Source of the DNA: Gemmatimonadota bacterium
GTDB taxonomy: Bacteria; Gemmatimonadota; Gemmatimonadetes; Palauibacterales; Palauibacteraceae
Assembly (NCBI GenBank): GCA_048060725.1
Contig: JBGMQU010000001.1
Coordinates: 55,996-115,092 of the forward strand
Direction of reading: 5' to 3'
Length of the DNA stretch: 59,097 nt
A program made the translations under genes and the position numbers. Below the pieces are notes generated by a model. The model did no database searches and was not told where the DNA came from. It saw only the letters and a program-made list of their open reading frames with translations. How positions within the stretch are numbered: position 1 is the first letter of the stretch; the number at the start of each line of letters is the position of its first letter. Positions 29,742 to 38,391 of this stretch are shown here, piece after piece.

Positions 29742-30809
29742 ATGAGTTTGCGTGACGTCCGCGGAGCCCTCGAAACATGGGCCGATCTGGGCGACGCGGC
29801 CGCCGTCGCCACACTGATCGAGGTGCGGCGCTCCGCTCCACGCGCTCCGGGTGCTCGCTTCGCTCTCTCGGGGAGTGGCGAGCTCGCCGGCTCGATCTCC
29901 AGCGGTTGCGTGGAAGGAGACCTCCACGAGCACCTGGCTGCGATGATCGACGGGGGTCCGCCCAAGCTGTTGACCTATGGAATCACTGACGAGATGGCCG
30001 CCGACGTGGGGCTTTCGTGCGGTGGCGAGATCGACGTTCTCGTCGAGAAGTACCAGACGGGCGATCCGGTGTGGAGGCCGCTTTCCGAAGCGCCCGACCC
30101 GGGCACGCCGGCCGGTCTGGTGGCCGGCGTGGCCGAGTCGATCCGTGCCCGCCGGCTGCTCGTCACGGCCACCGGCGCCGGCCACGCGGCGGGCCTGACC
30201 GAGACCGCCGGGAGCCTGGGCCCCGGGGATATCGACCGCCGGGCGTGCCACGCGGCTCTCGACATGATCGGTCGCACGGGTGCTACGCGTCTCCGGCTAC
30301 GCGAAGACGATCCCGAAAGCGAGGTGTTCGCCGAGACCTTCGCGCCTCCACCGCGGCTGGTCATCGTCGGAGCGACCCCGATCGGAGAGGCGTTGTCTCG
30401 CTTCGCGTCCATCGTCGGATTCGACGTGATCGTGGTCGATCCACGCGAAGCATTCGCCCGCGAGGAGCGCTTCCCTGACGCGACTCGACTGATCGTCGAC
30501 TGGCCTGATACGGCCTTCGAGCGTCTCGGGATCGACCGCTTCACCAACATTGTTTTGCTCACGCACGACGCGAAGCTCGACGACCCGGCCCTGGCCGCGG
30601 CACTCGACGCGGGGTGCGAGTATGTGGGCCTCCTGGGTGGACGTCGGACCCAACGGCAACGGCGCGAGGCGCTCGCGATCGCCGGATACGGAGAAGAATC
30701 GATCGCCCGGGTCAGAGGGCCCGTGGGGCTCGACATCGGCGCGGCATCGCCCTCACAGATCGCGGTGTCGATTCTCGCGGAACTCATCGCGGAGGGCAGG
30801 GCGCCCTGA
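29742..30809 (+). CDS. xdhC: XdhC/CoxI family molybdoenzyme maturation factor
   Basis: SAPRAPGA, GSISSGCVE, GLSCGGEI, THDAKLD, YVGLLG, PVGLDIGA. Confidence 0.92.
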   Translation: MSLRDVRGALETWADLGDAAAVATLIEVRRSAPRAPGARFALSGSGELAGSISSGCVEGDLHEHLAAMIDGGPPKLLTYGITDEMAADVGLSCGGEIDVLVEKYQTGDPVWRPLSEAPDPGTPAGLVAGVAESIRARRLLVTATGAGHAAGLTETAGSLGPGDIDRRACHAALDMIGRTGATRLRLREDDPESEVFAETFAPPPRLVIVGATPIGEALSRFASIVGFDVIVVDPREAFAREERFPDATRLIVDWPDTAFERLGIDRFTNIVLLTHDAKLDDPALAAALDAGCEYVGLLGGRRTQRQRREALAIAGYGEESIARVRGPVGLDIGAASPSQIAVSILAELIAEGRAP

Positions 30810-31396
30810 CCGCCCACCGGCCGACCCTCGCGGCGGCGATTCTGGCGGCCGGGGCGTCGACTCGCATGGGTGACACCCACAAGCTCCTGCTTCCGTTCGA
30901 TGGCCGCCCCCTGGTTCGCCACTCGGTCGAGGCCGCCCTCGCCGCCGGAGTTGGTCGCGTCGCCGTGATCACGGGACGTGACGCGGAACACATAGCGGCC
31001 GTTCTCGACGATCTCCCCGTCGATCCGATAGAGAATCCGGACTTTGCGGACGGGCTCGCGACATCCGTGACGCGAGCCATCGAATGGGCCGAACCGATCG
31101 CGTCGGGGCTCCTGATACTTCTCGCTGACGAACCGGGCGTCGACCCCGGCGTGGTTCGGCGGGCGGTGGAGATCTGGAGGTCCCATCCATCCGAAGCGGT
31201 CCGGGTGCGCTACGCCGATCGACTCGGACACCCGGTCGTCATCCCCCTCGAGAGCACGATCGGGCGACCGTCGGGCGATTCGGGGATGCGTGAGCTGCTG
31301 GCCGGCGCCACCGAGGTGCCCGTCGATTCTCCCGCTCCGATCGATGTTGACACCGAAGCCGACTATCGACAGGCCCTGGCACGACTTCGGCAGTAA
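30806..31396 (+). CDS. mocA: Molybdenum cofactor cytidylyltransferase-like nucleotidyltransferase
   Basis: ILAAGASTRMG, KLLLPF, NPDFADGLATS, GHPV, GDSG, DVDT. Likely CTG start overlapping the xdhC stop. Confidence 0.85.
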   Translation: MTAHRPTLAAAILAAGASTRMGDTHKLLLPFDGRPLVRHSVEAALAAGVGRVAVITGRDAEHIAAVLDDLPVDPIENPDFADGLATSVTRAIEWAEPIASGLLILLADEPGVDPGVVRRAVEIWRSHPSEAVRVRYADRLGHPVVIPLESTIGRPSGDSGMRELLAGATEVPVDSPAPIDVDTEADYRQALARLRQ

Positions 31397-31457
31397 AGGC
31401 CGGGTTCGTGGAGCCCATGAGGGGGCTTCGTGGAGATGATGAACGATTCGGCGCGGA

Positions 31458-32393
31458 GTGCGGATGGCGAAGAGGGGTTGGCTGGCAGTGGCGATTCTGG
31501 CGGCCTGGGCGACCACGCTCGGCTTCAACGCGAAGCGACTGTACTTCCGGCCGATGTCGGAGTTGCTCGCCGACGCGGCACGTACAATCCCGCCGGGAAC
31601 GTCGTACTACGCCGTATTTCAGGGCGACCGGCAGATCGGTTGGGCGCAAACGGACATCGATACGCTGCCTGGCCACAGCGGATTCCTGCTCGAGGATCGG
31701 TTGATCCTCCGGGAGTCGCTTCTGCCGGGGATGGAGCCGATGCGCCTCACCGTCGAGGCGACCCTCGGCCCCACGTTTACGCTTCGGAGCTTTCAGGTCG
31801 TCGCCGAAGGCGTTCCGGGAATTCGCCAGGTCCAGGGCGAAGTGCAGGGCGACTCGGTGCTTAGCCTGCGGATGCGCGGCGACAGCGGCACTCGATCCGA
31901 GCGACTCCGGCTCGACGAGCCGATCGTGGTCGCGGCGGCCTGGCCGCTTCGGTTTGCCGCCGCCCGGGAAGTCGAGACGGGCGAGCAGTTCGAACTCGGC
32001 GTCTACGATCCGATCACGGGTGTCCAGAGGCCCATGCGCCTCACCGTTCTCGAGCAGCGAATGCGCTCGTTCCCGGACAGCGTGACGGTAGAGGACGGCC
32101 GCTGGGTAACCGCCCGAGAAGATACGGTGATGGCCTGGCGCGTCGAACACGACGTCTCGGGGATCAAGCTCGAGGCCTGGGTGGATGAAGATGGCCGACT
32201 GCTCGAGGCGGCCGCGCCCGGAGGCATTCGACTCGTTCGTACAGCATTCGAACTCGCATACTTCGGCGAGTTCGTCCCTGAACGAATGCGTCTACCGAAA
32301 GATCGGTCGTCCGGGGCAACGGAAGAGGGAGCACCGGTGGGCGGTGAGAGCGACGTGCGGCAGGATGACGCCGCGACGACTGGCAATCGATAG
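31458..32393 (+). CDS. Secreted/membrane-anchored hypothetical protein (resembles the N-terminal part of transglutaminase-like proteins)
   Basis: N-terminal TM; beta-rich body; EAWVDEDGRLL. No Cys-His-Asp catalytic domain seen. Confidence 0.7.
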   Translation: MRMAKRGWLAVAILAAWATTLGFNAKRLYFRPMSELLADAARTIPPGTSYYAVFQGDRQIGWAQTDIDTLPGHSGFLLEDRLILRESLLPGMEPMRLTVEATLGPTFTLRSFQVVAEGVPGIRQVQGEVQGDSVLSLRMRGDSGTRSERLRLDEPIVVAAAWPLRFAAAREVETGEQFELGVYDPITGVQRPMRLTVLEQRMRSFPDSVTVEDGRWVTAREDTVMAWRVEHDVSGIKLEAWVDEDGRLLEAAAPGGIRLVRTAFELAYFGEFVPERMRLPKDRSSGATEEGAPVGGESDVRQDDAATTGNR

Positions 32394-32409
32394 TGGGAGG
32401 GCGAACGAC

Positions 32410-33168
32410 ATGATCCGTCTCGAAGGACTGTCGAAGCGATACGGTTCGTTCACCGCGGTGGACGGCATAGATTTGCATGCCCCGAAGGGCGAGTTGTTCG
32501 GTCTTGTGGGCCCGAACGGCGCCGGAAAGACGTCGACCCTCCGCATGATCGCCGGGATACTCCAGCCCGACGGTGGGCGCATCCTGATCGACGGGTTCGA
32601 CGTCGTCGAGGACCCGTACCGTGCGAAAGCACGCCTCGGATACATTCCCGACCGACCGTTCGTCTACGAGAAGTTGACGGGTGCGGAACTGCTCCGGTTC
32701 GCGGCGGGTCTCTACGGTCAGCAGGGCGAGGAGATCGAAGAGAGAATCCGGGAACTCCTCGTGCTGTGGGATCTCGAGCGCTGGGCCGATGAGTTGGTCG
32801 AGTCGTACAGCCACGGGATGCGGCAGAAGCTGATCATCTCGTCGGCGCTGATCCACCGGCCCCGGGCGCTCGTCATCGACGAACCCATGGTCGGACTGGA
32901 TCCCCGGGCTGCACGGCTCCTGAAAGACTTGCTCAGGGCCTTCGCCGACAGCGGCGGGTGCGCCCTGATCTCGACGCACTCGCTCGAGTTCGCCGAGGTC
33001 CTCTGCGATCGCCTCGCGGTCATCAACGAGGGCAAAATCGTGGCTCAGGGAACGATGGACGAACTGCGCGGACAGGCCGAGTCACAGGGTAGCGGTCTCG
33101 AGGAGATCTTCCTCAAGCTCACGGGCGGAGAGTCACCGCGTGAACTCATGAAAGTTCTGGCGGGATGA
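32410..33168 (+). CDS. ABC transporter ATP-binding protein
   Basis: GPNGAGKTS, YSHGMRQK, LVIDEP, STH. Confidence 0.96.
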   Translation: MIRLEGLSKRYGSFTAVDGIDLHAPKGELFGLVGPNGAGKTSTLRMIAGILQPDGGRILIDGFDVVEDPYRAKARLGYIPDRPFVYEKLTGAELLRFAAGLYGQQGEEIEERIRELLVLWDLERWADELVESYSHGMRQKLIISSALIHRPRALVIDEPMVGLDPRAARLLKDLLRAFADSGGCALISTHSLEFAEVLCDRLAVINEGKIVAQGTMDELRGQAESQGSGLEEIFLKLTGGESPRELMKVLAG

Positions 33169-34898
33169 CGATGGATGCACGCTCGTTCGCCTCGCCCGAC
33201 CCGCTGCCGCCCTGGAAGGCGATCGTGGTCCTCATGCGTCCGAAGCTCCTTGGGGCCCTCGGCCGCGGCGCGAAAGGCCGCACGATAGGGAAGAGAATCC
33301 CGACACTGCTCTTTTCGAGCGCTGCCGCCTTCCTCTTCCTGTTCTGGGTGAGCACGAAACTTCTTCGCACGCTTCGGGAAGTGCCCGAGGTCGGACCGCT
33401 GCTGGCGTCGAAACTCCTGGGCCTCGCACTCCTGCTGTTTCTTGGGATACTGCTCCTCTCGAACCTGATCGCTGCGCTGTCGTCGTTCTTCCTCGCGAAG
33501 GACCTCCCGATGGTGCACGAGGCCCCCGTCGACTGGTTGGGATTCTACGGGGCACGGTTGCTCGAGACGCTCGGAAGCTCGTCGTGGATGGTGCTGTTGA
33601 TGGTCCTCCCGGTGCTGGCGGCCTATCAGTTCGTGTACGGCGGTACCCCGTGGTTCTACGGACTCGTCGTCCTGACGCTGTTCCCGTACCTGTTGATTCC
33701 CGCGGCGCTCGGGAGCGCGATCACCCTGATTCTCGTGCGTGTGTTCCCTGCGCGTCGCACGCGTGACATTCTCGCGTTCATCTCCCTGATCGCGGGCGCC
33801 CTTCTGGTAGTGGGACTGCGCGTCCTGCGCCCCGAGAGGCTGGTGAATCCGGAGGGCTTTCGTAATCTCGTCGACTTCCTCGAGGTGTTGCGAGGGCCGT
33901 CATCGCCGTGGCTCCCGTCGGAGTGGATGGCGCAAACGCTCATCGGTTATCTGGAAGGGTCGTTCGATCCGTTCTGGCTCTGGATCCTCTGGGTGACCGC
34001 GGCCGCGGTCGTTGCGCTGGGGGCGACGCTTCACTGGACGCTCTATGCCCGCGGGTTTACCCGGGCGCAGGAGGGTGCCGAGTCCGGCACGCACGGCGGC
34101 CGTGTATGGCAGGCGTACGCCTGGGCTTTGCGTCCGCTCGGTCTCGAGCGTCGCGAGATGGTTCTGAAGGACACGCGGATTTTCTTCCGTGACGCCACGC
34201 AGTGGTCGCAGTTGTTGGTCCTGGGTGTCCTGCTGTTCGTGTATGTCTACAACATCAGGGTTCTGCCCATACATTCCAGCGAAACGATGAGCCGGTTCCT
34301 GGTCTCCATGGTCGTGTTTCTGAACCTCGCGCTCGCCGGGTTTATCCTTGCCGCGGTCGCGGCCCGGTTCGTATTCCCGGCGTATAGCCTGGAGGGGCAC
34401 ACCCTGTGGCTCTTGCGGTCGTCCCCGCTCGATCCGGACATCTTCGTCTGGTCGAAGTACTGGTCGGGTGCCGTCCCGCTGTTGGTACTGGCCGTGGCTC
34501 TCACGGCGGTGACCAACCGGATCCTCGGAGTCGTCCCGGGCATCATGGCCCTGTCGGTGGTGAGCATCGTGGCGATCACTCTGGCGCTTGTCGCTCAGGC
34601 GTTGGCCTGGGGCGTCGCGATGCCCCGGTTCGAGACCGGAAACGCGGCGCAGATCCCCACGTCCGTCGGCGGGATGCTGTTCATGCTCAGCGCGCTCGTC
34701 ACGCTCGCCCTCGTGCTGATCTCGCAGTTCTGGTCGCTGAGAGGCTACGTACGTAGCGGGCTGCCGTGGCGGGAAACGCGTGATCCGACGGGGATGGAAC
34801 TCGGGATCGCCCTCGGCGCCACGCTCCTGATCACGGGCCTGGCGGGGATTCTCCCGTATCGGGTGGCCCGACGGAAGGTCCGGACGGGAACCGTCTGA
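33165..34898 (+). CDS. Putative ABC exporter permease
   Basis: Many TM segments; LSSFFLAKDL, PSEW, KDTRIFFRD, SLEG motifs; coupled to the ATPase gene. Confidence 0.85.
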   Translation: MTMDARSFASPDPLPPWKAIVVLMRPKLLGALGRGAKGRTIGKRIPTLLFSSAAAFLFLFWVSTKLLRTLREVPEVGPLLASKLLGLALLLFLGILLLSNLIAALSSFFLAKDLPMVHEAPVDWLGFYGARLLETLGSSSWMVLLMVLPVLAAYQFVYGGTPWFYGLVVLTLFPYLLIPAALGSAITLILVRVFPARRTRDILAFISLIAGALLVVGLRVLRPERLVNPEGFRNLVDFLEVLRGPSSPWLPSEWMAQTLIGYLEGSFDPFWLWILWVTAAAVVALGATLHWTLYARGFTRAQEGAESGTHGGRVWQAYAWALRPLGLERREMVLKDTRIFFRDATQWSQLLVLGVLLFVYVYNIRVLPIHSSETMSRFLVSMVVFLNLALAGFILAAVAARFVFPAYSLEGHTLWLLRSSPLDPDIFVWSKYWSGAVPLLVLAVALTAVTNRILGVVPGIMALSVVSIVAITLALVAQALAWGVAMPRFETGNAAQIPTSVGGMLFMLSALVTLALVLISQFWSLRGYVRSGLPWRETRDPTGMELGIALGATLLITGLAGILPYRVARRKVRTGTV

Positions 34899-34914
34899 TC
34901 CTTCAGTGGGGCTG

Positions 34915-34947
34915 GCGGGTCAGGCCGACTTGCGGGTCAGGCCGACT
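34915..34947. repeat. Tandem 16-bp direct repeat
   Basis: GCGGGTCAGGCCGACT at 34915-34930 and 34932-34947, covering a stop codon. Confidence 0.8.
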
Positions 34948-35806
34948 CGCGACGCTCAGACTCCAGGTGGTACGCCTGCAGGCGGGCACGCGTGTCGAGG
35001 ATCTCCTCGTCCGTGAATACCCCCTCTTCCTGGGCGGCGAGCAACTCTTCCAACTCGGACTCGCAGAGCAGTCCGAGCTGTACGGCGGCGTCGCCGAAGC
35101 GAAGTCGCGGATAGCGGTGCTGCTCGGCCAGGATATGCTCGACATCCCCGGGTTGAAGGAGATTGCGGAGAATCGCGACCGTCCCGAGTGCAAAACGCCG
35201 GGGCATCGGTATCTTGCTGCTCGGCTCCAGAACGTCGTTCAGTAGCCCCAGAAGCGAGCTGTCGGGCGGCGGTTCCCACAGAATCGTCAGCGGATCGCGG
35301 TCACTTCGCTCAACCGCTGGCGCCTTGCCCGACGCGTACGGCGGAAGGAAGGAAATGTCGCCCTCGGCCTCGAGGTTGGCGGTCAAGTGATCCACCACCT
35401 GCTCCGTGTCGCTCCGCTCGTCGTCTTCGGCTTCCTCGGCATCGTCCTCGGGGACGTCTTGCAAGAGCGCGTCATCTCCCTCGAATCCGTGGAATGCCAG
35501 CACTCCCGGCCTGCATGGAGGTGTCGATCGGTCGGGATCACGATCCGGGAACCCCGGAGTCGCGATCTCGAACGAGTGCCTGCCACGGCCGGCCGCAATG
35601 TGAATGGCAGCCGTCGCGGCGGCGAGTGCGGCGATCAGCGGGGCGTTCGCCGCTATCGCCACGACGGTCGCTCCTGCCGCGCTCACCACAACCATGTCTG
35701 TGCGTTGTCCGCGCATTGCCTGGGGTCCCATTCCGAGGAGGTTCGAACCGCGTTCGGACCGTCCAACTCGAACAAAAACCGTCGCTTCCAGCGTCTGTTG
35801 GGGCAA
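34937..35806 (-). CDS. Hypothetical membrane protein with C-terminal MshEN-like motifs
   Basis: Hydrophobic N-terminal segments, acidic linker, RFGDAAVQLGLLCESELEELLAAQ. Start uncertain. Confidence 0.6.
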   Translation of the reverse strand: MPQQTLEATVFVRVGRSERGSNLLGMGPQAMRGQRTDMVVVSAAGATVVAIAANAPLIAALAAATAAIHIAAGRGRHSFEIATPGFPDRDPDRSTPPCRPGVLAFHGFEGDDALLQDVPEDDAEEAEDDERSDTEQVVDHLTANLEAEGDISFLPPYASGKAPAVERSDRDPLTILWEPPPDSSLLGLLNDVLEPSSKIPMPRRFALGTVAILRNLLQPGDVEHILAEQHRYPRLRFGDAAVQLGLLCESELEELLAAQEEGVFTDEEILDTRARLQAYHLESERRESA

Positions 35807-35868
35807 TTACCGGACCACGAGACCGCCTGAAAAGAGCGAAGATGCTGGTGCTGCGGGAGTTGCGGCGT

Positions 35869-37002
35869 TCACAGGCGCCCTGGAGAGGTCCTGCGGGGGC
35901 CGCGATCACGCCAGATCTTCCACCTGTCCATGACTCTGCTTCCGCGTACCACCACGAAATGGTCGAATTGGGCCACGGTCAAACAGGAGTGGTTTGGCGC
36001 GATCCTGAGTCTGGTACCAACGGGCAGAGAGGCGGACAGTTTCGCGTGTTCCTGGCTCAGCGACACGATCCTCAGGTCGTCATCCAGCTTCCCGCCGGAA
36101 AGGCTCTCGTAAACGCGTCCGTAGTGAACCGGCCGGTCCTTCCCGGCGTCCTTCGACATGACGAGCGCGCCCGCGTCGGCGATGCACACGTCGCGTCCCG
36201 GCTGGGAGGAGACGACGGTGGCGAGCACCGATGTTGCCGAGCGCTCGATTCCGCACGAGCCCAACCGGGTCTGCGTGTAGTCGTAAAGCGCGTAGTTGCC
36301 GGGCCGCGCCTCGTCGATGCCGTCGAGCGACGAGACGAGCGACATACCGGGAGTGGATCCCACCGACAGTGTTCCCGGGTCGATCCCGAGATCGCGCAGA
36401 CGCTGGCCGAACTCGGTCATGACACGACGCTCGGTCTCGGCCACCGTCACGATCGCACCGCGCGACGTTTGATCGTACGTGTGGCCTGCGTGCGTTAGAC
36501 ACCCGCGAAGCTGGAGCGCGGAAGAGTCGGCCAGACGGCGGGCGACGTCGACGGCGGTGTCGGAAAGGGGTTCGACCCCCGCTCGTCCGTACCCGCAATC
36601 CACCTTGATCCAGACCGGCACGTCGATCCCGGACGCTTCCAGGGCCTCGATTGCGGAAATCGTGTCGACCGTGACCGCGAAGTCGGCGATACCGGACATC
36701 TCACGCACCTCGTCCAGACGGGACACGATCAGTGGGAAGGCCCAGGTGATGTCGTCGAACCCGGCGTTCGCGAAGGCCCTCGCCTCTTCGAGCGTCGAAA
36801 CGGTGATGCCACCGGCGCCCCGGTCGCGCTGGAGACGGGCGATCTCGACACATTTGTGGGTCTTGACGTGAGGGCGCAGTCGGACGCCCAACCGGTTCGC
36901 CCGGCTCTGCATGAAGTCGAGATTACTCTCGAGGATGTCCAGATCGAGAAGAAGTGATGGGGTTGGAAGATCCGGAATGCCGTATGGTATGGCGGGATTC
37001 AT
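35869..37002 (-). CDS. DSD1/D-threonine aldolase-type PLP enzyme (alanine racemase fold)
   Basis: TPSLLLD, LRPHVKTHK, GSTP, RPGNY, SQEH, PNHSC. Confidence 0.92.
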   Translation of the reverse strand: MNPAIPYGIPDLPTPSLLLDLDILESNLDFMQSRANRLGVRLRPHVKTHKCVEIARLQRDRGAGGITVSTLEEARAFANAGFDDITWAFPLIVSRLDEVREMSGIADFAVTVDTISAIEALEASGIDVPVWIKVDCGYGRAGVEPLSDTAVDVARRLADSSALQLRGCLTHAGHTYDQTSRGAIVTVAETERRVMTEFGQRLRDLGIDPGTLSVGSTPGMSLVSSLDGIDEARPGNYALYDYTQTRLGSCGIERSATSVLATVVSSQPGRDVCIADAGALVMSKDAGKDRPVHYGRVYESLSGGKLDDDLRIVSLSQEHAKLSASLPVGTRLRIAPNHSCLTVAQFDHFVVVRGSRVMDRWKIWRDRGPRRTSPGRL

Positions 37003-37098
37003 GCAGAAAGGTAGTCTTGGTGACAGGGTTCCGCTAAAATCAATCCGGGTACTTTTGTGGAGTTCTGAGAGGCTTTGGCGGGAGCGCCGAATCTCGAA

Positions 37099-37127
37099 GT
37101 GACCCCCGGCGGTCAGAGGTCGTCTTA
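37099..37127 (+). promoter_or_regulatory. Candidate ECF promoter
   Basis: GTGACC-N16-CGTCTTA; same -10 as 25511-25517. Confidence 0.45.
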
Positions 37128-37171
37128 TCCGCAGAGAAGCAGACATACCGGGGATCGGGCCGGAGGGCCGG

Positions 37172-37723
37172 GTTCCCAGTGATGAGCCGAGCGACGCAGA
37201 GATCGTCCGGGATGTACTTGCCGGCGATGAAGAGGCGTACGCGGTGCTCGTCCGTCGCTACAAGGATGCGCTCTACCGCTACGCGGAACGGATGACGGGG
37301 CGGCCGGACGATGCGGCCGACGTGGTCCAACTGGCGTTCATCAAGGGATACCGGAGCCTGGATCGGTGTCGGGATCCCGAACGCGTCGGAGGCTGGCTGT
37401 TCCGAATCGCCGTCAACCTCTGCAAGGATCAGTTGAAGGGCAGGCGAAAACGGGAAGTGCCTCTCGACGCGGTAGGGCCCATACGGGCGACGCGGGACCT
37501 CCCGGAAGAGGGGGCGGAACGGGCGGAGATTCGAGAGGAAATATACAAGGCTCTCCGGACCTTGAGTGACGAACAACGCGAAGCGTTCGTCCTCAAGCAT
37601 GTAGAGGGATGGTCATATGAAGAGATGGCGGAGAAGCTGGAGGTCTCCGTCCCCGCGTTGAAGATGCGTGTGCATCGGGCGCGGGAGCAGCTACAGGATC
37701 TACTCGAGCACTACCATGAATGA
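37172..37723 (+). CDS. ECF sigma-70 factor (SigW/RpoE-like)
   Basis: SDAEIVRDVLAGDEEAYAVLVRRY, AADVVQ, GWLFRIAVN, LSDEQR, LKMRVHRAR. The conserved N-terminus lies upstream of the first canonical start (GTG 37244). Confidence 0.9.
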   Translation, partial: VPSDEPSDAEIVRDVLAGDEEAYAVLVRRYKDALYRYAERMTGRPDDAADVVQLAFIKGYRSLDRCRDPERVGGWLFRIAVNLCKDQLKGRRKREVPLDAVGPIRATRDLPEEGAERAEIREEIYKALRTLSDEQREAFVLKHVEGWSYEEMAEKLEVSVPALKMRVHRAREQLQDLLEHYHE

Positions 37724-38369
37724 GTCACTGAAACGATATCTGGATGGCGAAGTCGAGGCCGAGAGCCTGACGCCGGAGGAACGGGGTGAGGCGGAGGCCT
37801 GGGAGGCCCTGTTCATTGAGGCGCGCCAGGCCGGGGCCCGGCATGCTCCTGTTGGTCTCGAGTCTCGGATCATGGACTCTGTCCGGGCAGAGAGCCGGAC
37901 GCCGCTCTCTCGCGCGGTCGACTGGTGGGTAAGTCCGAGGCCGATTCGTGTGCGGCCCCTCATCGGACTGGCCGCCGCTGCCGCGATCGGTGCGTTGTTG
38001 TTCCTGCCTTCCGGGCCGTTCGGTTCGAACGTCGTCGAAGACCCCATTGGGGCGACGACCACGATGATTGGCGAGCAGGCCGTGTACGTTCAGTTCGTGC
38101 TCGAGGCGCCCGACGCGTCGAGCGTGGCGGTTGCCGGCGACTTCAACGAGTGGCAGCCCGATGTGGCATTGGTCGATCCCGATGGAGATGGGATCTGGTC
38201 GGGTCGTCTTCTGCTTTCGCCGGGCGTCCACAAGTACATGTTTGTTGTGAACGGCACGGAGTGGATGCCGGATCCGCTCGCCGAGCAGTGGGTCGAAGAT
38301 GGCTTTGGAAACCGGAACTCGGTGCTCGCGATCACCGGGGGAGCCGGTTCGGGTTCGCTCGCACCCTGA
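37716..38369 (+). CDS. Putative anti-sigma factor with C-terminal glycogen-binding (CBM48/AMPK-beta-like) domain
   Basis: Overlaps the sigma stop; N-terminal RYLDGE; TM LIGLAAAAAIGALLFL; VAVAGDFNEW, GIWS, HKYMFVVNG, W-x-x-DP, DGFGNRNSVL. Confidence 0.85.
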   Translation: MNESLKRYLDGEVEAESLTPEERGEAEAWEALFIEARQAGARHAPVGLESRIMDSVRAESRTPLSRAVDWWVSPRPIRVRPLIGLAAAAAIGALLFLPSGPFGSNVVEDPIGATTTMIGEQAVYVQFVLEAPDASSVAVAGDFNEWQPDVALVDPDGDGIWSGRLLLSPGVHKYMFVVNGTEWMPDPLAEQWVEDGFGNRNSVLAITGGAGSGSLAP

Positions 38370-38391
38370 CCATGGGTCGCGAGTCGCGTCG

